DNA of 61,763 nucleotides, filler included, from Vermamoeba vermiformis (Eukaryota): NCBI GenBank assembly GCA_045837725.1. It is 5 parts of 5 records of this genome, joined end to end, with 100 filler letters (N's around TTAATTAATTAA, not from the genome) between each part and the next. Parts side by side here need not be neighbours in the genome. Positions count along the whole stretch, not along the records: positions 1 to 9,300 come from JBEWZL010000228.1; 4 more parts are not named here. One strand, 5' to 3'. Shown piece by piece: positions 1 to 9,400 of this stretch (position 1 is its first letter; each line of letters starts with the position of its first letter). The notes under the pieces were generated by a model. It saw only the letters and a program-made list of their open reading frames with translations, ran no database searches and was not told where the DNA came from. The position numbers and the translations under genes were made by a program.

Positions 1-12
1 TTAGGGTTAGGG
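1..12 (+). repeat. Telomeric repeat (TTAGGG)2 at left junction of E1
   Basis: ttagggttaggg followed by unique sequence. A G-strand at a left end is the wrong orientation for a chromosome end. Confidence 0.85.
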
Positions 13-59
13 GTATATTACTCATCCGCATTATACTCCCTAAACAATTGTACTTACAA

Positions 60-920
60 ATACGCATGAGTACAATCTCAATGCGCATGACTAACAAAAA
101 ATGTATCAACTTGTAGTTAATAAATGTTTATTTAATTACATCTGGATGATTACATCCGCATTATTTTGAAATTTCATTTTCAATTCCTATTATATGAGAA
201 TTAGTCCGTAAATCTGCATGAGAACATCAGCATGAGGACATGCGCATTAGTTGAGTATTAATTCGAATGCACATAAGGAACGAGTGAATGCGGATGAGCA
301 CGATTTCATGCGAATTAAAGCTGATCAATGCGCATGACTAAGCAAATGTGCTATGATCAAGCAATCAAATATGCATGCGAAGTTATGAATGAATGCGCAT
401 GATTTGAAGTGAGCAATGCACATTAATGTGATCACATTCGCATTAGATGTACCCGAACAATCAATTCGCATGCAAATTCTGAGTGAATGCGCATGACTTG
501 CAGTGAATGCGTATGATTTGAAGTGATTAATTCGCATGACTGATAATGAATGCGCATGACTTGAGGCAATTAATTCGCATGACTGATAATGAATGCGCAT
601 GACTTGAGGCAATTAATTCGCATGACTTGTCAGCGATCCAGTGAATGAGCATGATTTGAAAGTGGGGAATACGCACTATGACTAGTGAGTGACATGAGCA
701 CGAGTTTATGCGAATTAAATTGGTCGATGTGCCGTACAAAATAATTGCGTGATGAGAAGCGATCAAATGTGCATGAGAAGTTGTGAGAATGCGCATGACT
801 TGTGAGTGATTAATTCGCATGACTTGCAAGGCGGGTGAATGCGCATGACTCGTGAGTGATTAATTCGCATGACTTGTATCGATTAATTCGCATTACTTAA
901 AGCGAGTGAATGCGCTTGGC
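60..920 (+). repeat. Degenerate array of GAATGCGCATGACT / AATTCGCATGACT motifs
   Basis: GCATGA cores at 491, 511 (variant), 534, 554, 577, 597 and 620, with alternating 20/23-bp spacing, and more degenerate copies on both sides. Confidence 0.9.
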
Positions 921-1607
921 AAACGTGCCTTCGATTAGCTTGGTTGGTCCTTCTCGCACTTGGGTACATCTTCGCATTGGTTTTTCGCAACCGGTGCCAC
1001 AGCGATTATTGAAACAAAGCAAGTACATAAGTCAAGATCGGAGCATGTTGCAGGCTTGCATTGCGGTCTCAATTTGGCTATCTGCAAGAGCTTGTTACTG
1101 CAGGCCATCAATGCGTGCACCTCTGTGCCAAGATAAGCTTAACTCGCAAACGCTCATCAGGAAGCTCGAGTAAGGTCGGGCGGCTTCATAGACAGCAAAA
1201 TGGGACCCAGATCCGTTGACAGGCGAGCGGCCGTGCCTTGAACTTGAACGATGGGCCGAGACGGAGACAAACTGAACCAGCAACGATCGTGACAGTAGTA
1301 TCGATGATGAGCTTATTGGCTGCTGCCTGAAATGACAGCAACCATGGGGCAAGGGCCCGCTAGCGGCAGTGACTTTGAATGAGCCAGCGGCAGGAGTGAT
1401 AATTGTTACTAGGGGGATGAGAGCCATTGGTACGAGCAGTGTTGAACTTGCCAGCGACCTCCAGAAAACTAAAATACAAAGTAAATAATTGTCTCGATTG
1501 TCGTTTAATATATATATATATATTTGTTATTTATTTGTTTGTTTTTTGTAAGTTTTTTTTGTTATAAAATAAGTAAAGTAAAAATGAAAACGACAAATTG
1601 AGACAAA

Positions 1608-4600
1608 TTACATTTTCTTTTGTCTCTTTTCTTCTCTTTCTTGTTCGAGGAGCTTCGCCAAGGAAAATGTGGTTATCTTTCTCTTCTTCTCCGGGTTGGC
1701 GTTGGCACTGCCAGTATTGGTGTTGACTGTAGAAGGTACATCGTTGTTATCTTCGATGATGATGGGCACGGGCTTGGACAATGCCTTAGGAACTGGAGGG
1801 GGCAATGGGGTAGTAGTGGGCACAGGCGTGAGCACAGGAACTGGTACTGGCACAGGCAATGGCACTGTTTGCTTTTCGGTACGTCGCTCCAAGATTCGCT
1901 TAGGACGAGCAAATTTAACGTTGACGTCAGGTTTGCCTGGTTTTGGAGTCTTGCGAGCAGGCTTGATAGTGCGAGAGTTCAGAAAGTGTTTTGCAGATCG
2001 GGGTCTCGGGGGTTGTGAAACGATGGAGCGCAAAAGCTCGAGTGATGGAAGGGCGCTTGACTTGGTGTTCGAGTCAGTGGTGGACTTCGTTACTGCAACC
2101 ACGTTCGTGTTCGAGTCCCACTCGGGGGCTGCATTCAGATCCAAAGGAGGAGTTGACGGTGCATCCGAGTCGTTAGCGAAAGTAGTCTTGTTGGTGGTAG
2201 TGCGACTGGATGACTGAGAGGAAGAGCGCGAGCTGGAGGCGGCTCGACACGCATCTGAATCGAGAGCATCAGAATCGTTAAGGACCTGATCACTTTCATC
2301 GCTTTCATCATCGCTCTCGTCGTCGCTGTCCTCATCGCTTTCATCGCTCTCGTCATCGCTGTCCTCGTCGCTCTCATTATCCTCGCTCTCTCCAGCACCA
2401 TCAGAGCCTTCAGATCCACCGGCACCATCGGAGCCTTCGGATCCGTCGGAGCCTTCAGATCCGTCGGAGCCTTTGGAACCATCGTCAGACTCAGAACCAT
2501 CAACTGAATCTGAACTTGAATGGGTACGTTCTTTATCACTCTTCGAGCCCGACGAATAACCGGAAGACAACTCCATCGAACTGCTGTCAAGGCCAGACTT
2601 CGTAGAGTAGCAACCTCCGATCCTAGCCCAATAAGCATTGACGAGCGGCATGAACGGCAGCAGCTTGGCACCGGGCAGGGTTTGCGTAGTCCCATCCTTG
2701 AATGCAACCTCGAAGCTAACCATCTGTCTCTTGCTGACAAACTTGTGATTGACGATTTTATCGATGCTAGTGGCAAAGTCGTCTTGAGTTTTGTCGTAAC
2801 GCTTCTCGAATTTGTCAATGACGCTGGCCATGGCTGTAGAAGGAGCGATGCCAACGGTCTCGTTAACCTTCTGCAGGGTTTTTTCGTTCACGCCAGCACG
2901 TTGTACCCTGTCATAATGAGTGTTCATGACAGCAGGTGAAGTGTTGATTAGAGCCACGTGCTTTTCGCTGAAGAACTTGGCGATGCCTTCGGTGTCGTTC
3001 TTCAAGTGATACTCCGTGAGAAAAGAGACCATGGCACGACGAAAATAAGCGCAGCTGACCGCTCTACCCGGAAAGTAAGAGGTGATGACCTTGGTAACAA
3101 TCTTCGAGAGGGTTACGAATTCTGAAACGAGCAAGGTCAGTGAGTTGAAACGAGTACATTGATCAGGATATGAACTTACGCGGTGCATTACCCTCTGCGT
3201 TGACCCACATGGATTCGACGCCCTCGTTACGAACCAAGGGCAAGTAGTTCTCGAACCAAATCCTCAATGGTACCGCGAACGCTGCCGGCAGTAAGAAGCT
3301 ATCAGTTTTGGCTCGTTTAACTTTTTCAGGCGGCGGGAAAAACTTGACAATGTTCCCCTCGAAGACAATGTTCTGATACACCAATAAGTAAAGTATTTAC
3401 ACGATGATAGTATTACGTACCGATATCGTCATCGAGGCAGTAAATTGCCTTCGTTGCCCTCCGAGATACATCATTCCGAGGACGAACAAATTGCCCATGA
3501 AGTTTAGCATTCCCTCCTTAGTCAACGCAGACTTCGGTGCCTTCTTGGTGAGGAATTTGTCGTCCAAATTAACGTAGTAGGCAAGTTTGTCGCAGATGCT
3601 GGTGTTCAATTGACGCAACTCGTCTTGGTCGAGCCATTGACCGAGTAACATTAAGTTCTCGATCACCATTTTGTTGGCATCGGATTTAGCGTCGTCTTTT
3701 GCCTCTATCATATAGGAGAGTTTAGAATCGTGTTAAACAACGACAATTTTAGTTAACTTACTTGAGCAAGGTACACGTAATACGTCCTCGACAGCATCAA
3801 TTCGGGCTCTATAATTAGCAAACACCTCAAGACCCTACGATGTGAAGCGTCAGAACCTGACCATAAGTTCGAATTGAGACTTACGTGAAGATACTTTAAG
3901 AACATTCGAAGTATCTTCAGGCAATTGGCAATAGTACTTGCTGACTTGCCCGTCGATTCGTACCAGCGAGGAAATGCAACAGCAACTCTCACGTCCAACA
4001 GATGACGGATATCAACGACAGTTGGCTTCACGACAGTATCGACGAAACGAAAGAAGATACCGAGCATACTGCGGGTTTCAGTACCGCGATCAGAACCAGT
4101 ATTAGCCAAATGCTTCTTCATCACCTTCTTTTCATCTTCCGTTGAGGACTTTCTTCGTGTCTTGCGCTCACGTTCAATGTAAGTGTCGAATAGCTTCGGT
4201 ACGTTGAAGTACTTAACGGAGACGTCGTTGAGGGAGTAGCCAAGGATTCTCAGTGGCGTGCCCGTTCTTAAGTTTCCTTTGATAATATAGTTGAGATTAT
4301 GTTGAAGATTTTTTTTAGGACTTACTCTCCGCTGGAGTGAACTCCCGAGTTTCTAAGTCTTCAGGCACGTCTTGCATATCTACTACCACCGGTGCATCGC
4401 TATATTGCAGCAAGGCCCTTTTGACGTTTGCCAGCTCGGTACGAAGCGTTTTGACTTGCTGCGATTCTGTGTACTGAATTAGATCCGTTAAAGATCCGCT
4501 TAGTGCTTACCTGTTACTGTCGCAGTAGGTCCCGATTGTTGAGCCATCTTATCCTAAAGCTAGGTTAGTACAAAAATTTTAATGCATCTCTCGTGTTACC

Positions 4601-4608
4601 TTCTCCAT
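1608..4608 (-). CDS. Spliced tyrosine recombinase with chromo-like domain and acidic/low-complexity C-terminus (YR1)
   Basis: GT-AG exons join from ATG 4608. Motifs: core-binding-like SASTIANCLKIL, LGGQRR (R), EKVKR (K), CAYFRR (HxxR equivalent), LINTS...THY (Y). Then IDKIVNHKFVSKRQMVSFEVAFKDG (chromo-like) and a D/E/S-rich tract. Confidence 0.85.
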
Positions 4609-4736
4609 GATTGCGAAAGATAAAGATTGAAAAGAGCCTACGAAAAAAAAAAAAGGTCAGCCACGTGATCAAGCACGAATGAAATACAAGAAAACCAAAT
4701 TTAGCAACATACATTAAATAATTCAAAATTTATACC

Positions 4737-5099
4737 ATGGAACCACAAACTGAAACACCCCTCCTCGATGCGCATTACGGAAGTGATTTGAGTGACGAGA
4801 CAATTGAGCAGGCTTATCTTAAAATCGACGAACTCCTGAGTTACGCGCGACAGGAAGAGAGCAATAACACTATTGTAATCGCTGACGACAGCATTGACTG
4901 TGCGCAAACCTTGCCCTACGCAGAAGAGAAAGAGGAGGACGAATTATCCTGGAAATTTAAAGAACCACACACATGGTTAGAAGAGGAAATCAACAAATCA
5001 CCCAACACTTGGTTCGAAGACAATTTCATAATGAAATTCCCTGAAGAAGAAAGACAAGCTCTGCGAGAATGGTCTCGTAATAATCCCTCTGGTAACTAA
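4737..5099 (+). CDS. Acidic hypothetical protein (120 aa), E1 cargo
   Basis: Intronless ORF divergent from YR1, with ATG start and an AATAAA downstream. Confidence 0.6.
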   Translation: MEPQTETPLLDAHYGSDLSDETIEQAYLKIDELLSYARQEESNNTIVIADDSIDCAQTLPYAEEKEEDELSWKFKEPHTWLEEEINKSPNTWFEDNFIMKFPEEERQALREWSRNNPSGN

Positions 5100-5176
5100 A
5101 AATAGCATTGCCGGATAACTTCCGGTACAAAAAATCTTGTGATTAATAAATTTTCAATTAAACTATAGTAAAGGCT

Positions 5177-6431
5177 ATGGAAGAGATGTAAGTCATCATC
5201 TTAAGGTGTCAATTTTAACGAATTATAGCGAGCTGAACTGCAACTGCTCAAAAGAACACGGACACTTTTACGTGTACTCGAAAGATTTTTCCGAGCAATG
5301 GTTTGGACGAGGCGCATTAGCTGGATTACTCGGAATGACAAAGAATTCCTTGTGCTCCAAGTTATCCATCTACGTGCCCAATTGCCCAACTGGTTGCTCG
5401 CCTTTCAGTACCCGCAAAGTCTCTCATTCGCAGGGAAGCGATAGCCCAAATCGTCCGGAACGATATTATACGCTCGAAGAAGCCAACGATATACTAAAAC
5501 AATGGCTAACACGCCCAGGAGGGAAGAAGGATTGGCTAAAGAGATTGCACGGGGCCAATAACTTCTTACCAAACTTACCAGGAGTGCAATTAGTTGTAGT
5601 AATACAACGCTTGGAAGATAAGAAGTACTTCCAGATTACACGTCAATCGAAGCAAGAACAGCCACTGGAGCCACAAGCTGATTGCAGTACGGACAATAGA
5701 CCGGAGCCAATTGCATTGGTGAAGAGCGGGTGTGCCCCAGAGCCTGGGGTTGCCGTAGATAACTCTGAAGGGTCGGCGTCCTTTGCCGAAGTCGTGGCCG
5801 TATTGACAGAGATGCAGCCTGACGAAAAAGGAAGCGACGAACTTCCGGGGGCGGAGATTGCAGTATCAATCGCGAGTGACCAAAAGCAGCAATCCTTGGA
5901 GACAAGCGCTTCCGTTACTGCCAATACCGTGAGCGTGGCCCAAATGCAGCAATCTAGCGAGATTAGTGCTCCTGTTGCTACCAACTCCGTGCCGAAGATT
6001 GCAAAATCAAGCTCGAAGCACGTGGATTTCCAAAAAAAGCACTCGGCGGAGATAAGTACTCCCGACACGACCAACAATGCCCCAGAGATCATTGACGTCG
6101 ACGCGTTCGTGCTTCCTAAAATAGGTAGTATTAGCATTTGTTTTGTTTCTAATACTAAGTTTTCGTAGCCGAAAAAAACTGGAAGCAATCGTCAATTGAT
6201 GCGATGCTTGAAAATAAGGATACGAGCTCAAAACAATCCAAGAAAAAAACGAAGAAACGAAAGTTAACAGTCGGTTTATCGAACCCATCGTCGCTCCCGT
6301 TTAAGAAACCGCGCAATGTTGACAAACAAAAGAAGAACAAGAAGGCCAAAAGTGCTTCTGAAACAACGCCTAAACATGACGACGACGACGACGATGACTT
6401 CGCAGTCCTATTTCCGCCGAACATTAAGTAA
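5177..6431 (+). CDS. Hypothetical protein, possible Bro-N-like N-terminal DNA-binding domain and basic NLS-like tail
   Basis: ATG 5177. Introns 5188-5228 and 6125-6168 join the ORFs in frame. N-terminal WFGRGALAGLLG...RYYTLEEANDIL pattern and K-rich C-terminus. Confidence 0.65.
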
Positions 6432-6518
6432 TTTTATTTACAAATAAACGCAATGTTACCAAATTTAGTTTACAAAATCGTTATAGTTTTACAAAGTATT
6501 ATTAAGGAGAAATATACG

Positions 6519-7198
6519 ATGTCGTCAACACAAGCAAGTCCCTTTGCTCAAGCTTTGGTTTACTTGTAAGGAATTTAATCAATTCGAAGTACTAATAACT
6601 TAAAAAGCAAAACAAAGCCTGTCATAGAAATAAAGTAGGTCGCCTTGATTTAACTCGAATTAAAAATATTTACAGGACCGATGACGTATTGGCTAACGAC
6701 GAACTTGGTGTCTATTTTGTTAATCAGTCTAATAATTTCAGTTACCTATCATTCGAACTCGTGCTGAAAATGCTACCAGAGAAGAACGTGTTCGAGGAGC
6801 ATGCTCGTGTGCTATTGATTAGGGTGCCTGGTCATGCTAAGCTGTTGCGGGTTATCAGCGCTTGTGACCTTAATTCGATGGTCCTAAAGTTTGCTAAAGA
6901 AGTAAGTTAAACTGGCTCAAATTATATTTTAAGTGTAAGCAACTGAACTATTACCGGTGTGCAGGTGAGCAATCCAGAAGATCAGTTGCGAATTATTAAA
7001 AAAAAATTGGAGGACTACAATATTTACGGCTACTTACACGTATGTCTAGACGCTAGTGAGCCGCGGCTGATTGGCACGTACGAGCAGTTTGAAACCGACT
7101 ACGATAACACAGGTCACATCTCTAAAACCCTTGGATTAGAATTTAACGACGGCTGTATAGAGGGCACTAAATGCCGACCTGTAATACTCGACGAGTAA
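6519..7198 (+). CDS. Spliced hypothetical protein, E1 cargo
   Basis: ATG 6519, GT-AG introns linking ORFs 6689-6910 and 6959-7198, AATAAA after the stop. Confidence 0.55.
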
Positions 7199-7403
7199 GC
7201 TAAATAAAAATATTAGAACACTATCTCTTCATTAAGACTTTGAAAGTGTAAACTGATCGACAAACCGATCAAAATAATTAAATCAGGAATAATTACCTGA
7301 GTGTTTCGTAATATCGTAACAACCAATATTAACTTGTAAATAGCCGTACAACAATAGGTTACGCACTCTTTTTAAATGCGTCCTGAATCTCGCGCAATCT
7401 GAC

Positions 7404-7494
7404 AACTCGTGATAGAGTTAGCTGTAAATAACAATATAAACTCGTGTGGAGTTAGCTGTAATGACAATATTAACTCGTGTGGAGTTAGCTGTAA
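7404..7494 (+). repeat. Three 33-35 bp direct repeats (AACTCGTG..GAGTTAGCTGTAA..ACAATAT)
   Basis: Copies start at 7404, 7439 and 7472. Confidence 0.85.
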
Positions 7495-8104
7495 CTAACG
7501 AACGCAGTCGCGCTCTGGATCAGAGTCATTTAATCAAGTTCGGGTGCACCAAACAATAAACTAGCCATAATAAAATAATATAAAATTTATTTGATGTTGT
7601 TTTACGACAATTGGACACCAATTGAATCCGGATTGCGGATTTCCAAATCCATAAAAAAGGGACAGTGTAATTCGGTTCAGCCCAAATTACGTATCCAATT
7701 TACTGCAACGCATACAGCATTGCTAAAAGTGTTTTTACCATTAAGCTCACCAGCCAAGCCAATAAGTTCGACGAAGTTTTGGATTTTGAATTTTTGTGTT
7801 CGAAACTAATTTAAGGAAATTAGAATAAATAGATACAACAATTATTATTACTAAATTAAATTTTTTTTTGATAATTACCTTATCGCATCTATGAAATTCA
7901 GCTGGGCGAGATTTACCTTGAAGTAGTTACATTGTCGAGTCGTTAACCATGAATAATGGCTCGTATAAGTAAATAAATATTAAGTTCCTCTTGTGGTCTT
8001 GTTCAGTCTTCTTTGATCAAAAGAGCGAAATCTGCGCGGGTTTGTGCATTTTTTGCAATACACCAAAAAAAACGTTTATTCACCCAATATTTACCGTCGA
8101 CCAC

Positions 8105-9300
8105 ATGGCAGAACGTAGAAAATATTCGGAGTTACCTGCAGCAAATACGTAAGTAAACGGATCTGGGAATTACCGGATGTCAAGTAATTTGAATAATTTC
8201 AAGTAATTAATTCTCGAATTATTTGTTTTAATATAAAGCAAGTCATGACTTGCTCAAGCGTTTACAAAAATTAAGGTGCTAATCCACCAATTTCCGATCT
8301 TAATTGTTTAATTTACTTCTACACGAAGTAAAACATTTTAATAACAATTTACTCTGTTTGCTATTGCGAACGGTCACTTAAATATGATCGCTTTCTCACC
8401 TTTTATAGAGGTGTCCCACGGCGCAATATATTAGAAGGCAATATCGCTTTCTACTTGGAATTCTTTATGCAAACCAAAGGTGCTCGCATTTCCAAGTCGA
8501 CGAAGGATCAATTTATAGAAAACGTGCGCGCTCAGTTCGAAATATACAGCGAAAAATATCGCAAAATTCCTTTCTTTTTATTCTTGTTAACGTATTACGG
8601 TATGCTAAAATTCAAATTTGATTGCATAGTGTTTAACTTATGTTATTCAGCATACGAAGGATTTTTAGATATTACGACGCCAAAGATATCGTACCAATAT
8701 CCGTTATGGTTTGAAGGATGCAAGGATCTAATGACGAGAAAACTCGGATTAGTGGCGAGAAACGGAACGGAATGGACTTGCGTGAACGAAATATCCAGTC
8801 GCCTGCCACACCTTATCGATACTTTGCTTGTCTGGTCAACGGAGTGGCATAAGAATTATGGCTCCACTGAGTACCAGAGATTACCAACGCCCGAACAAAC
8901 GAAGCGAATTTATTATCAAGTATTTGCCGTTTTACAATATCACCCAAAATTTTGCTTTAATAAGCACAACTTCTTTGTCCTTTTGAATCGGATGAGTGGC
9001 GCAATAACCCCTGATTATACTTGTCCCTTTTTCACGCGAAGTTCTTACGGCCCCGAGCCCTTGGGTACGTAATCGAAATATCACATTACTCGCGCTAATT
9101 GAACTATTTGCAGTTGATTACGTGCCACCCTACGGTTCAAAAGATTTGGGTTCTGGCGATCCGAATCACGTCATTAGTAGGTTCGAATAATTGATATCGT
9201 AGAATTTATCTAATGTTTCTTAGCTATCAAGCTAGAGGATAAGAACGTAGCCGTGTACTTTTTGAAAGACCCGTTTAATCAAACTTTAGGGTTAGGGTTA
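8105..9300 (+). CDS. Spliced hypothetical protein whose last exon runs into the telomeric repeat without a stop
   Basis: ATG 8105. Introns 9065-9113 and 9177-9223 keep frame. The final exon reads TIKLEDKNVAVYFLKDPFNQT-LGLGL. Confidence 0.65.
9286..9300 (+). repeat. Telomeric repeat at right junction of E1
   Basis: ttagggttagggtta at the contig end. Confidence 0.9.
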
Positions 9301-9400
9301 NNNNNNNNNNNNNNNNNNNNNNNNNNNNNNNNNNNNNNNNNNNNTTAATTAATTAANNNNNNNNNNNNNNNNNNNNNNNNNNNNNNNNNNNNNNNNNNNN
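9301..9400. other. Artificial contig linker
   Basis: N44-TTAATTAATTAA-N44, which has stops in all six frames. Confidence 0.98.

Larger units (their letters stand above)
1..9300. mobile_element. Putative telomere-inserted tyrosine-recombinase (Crypton-like) element E1, about 9.3 kb
   Basis: TTAGGG repeats on the + strand at both ends (1-12 and 9286-9300), a spliced YR gene, a terminal repeat array and four orphan genes. No recognisable host housekeeping genes. Confidence 0.75.

Noticed and set aside
325-829. Minus-strand ORFs rich in SHAH/MRI
   Set aside because: These are translations of the GCATGA repeat array, not credible genes.
935-1427. GC-richer stretch with short ORFs downstream of YR1
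   Set aside because: No consistent frame or recognisable motif. It may be a decayed cargo gene, but I cannot support that.
3448-3462. Protelomerase (TGRR-type) assignment for the YRs
   Set aside because: The motif is GGQRR, the conserved LGH is absent, and the ends are telomerase-type repeats rather than hairpin palindromes. It cannot be supported without a structure search.
9345-9356. TTAATTAATTAA palindromes inside N runs
   Set aside because: Synthetic six-frame stop spacer.
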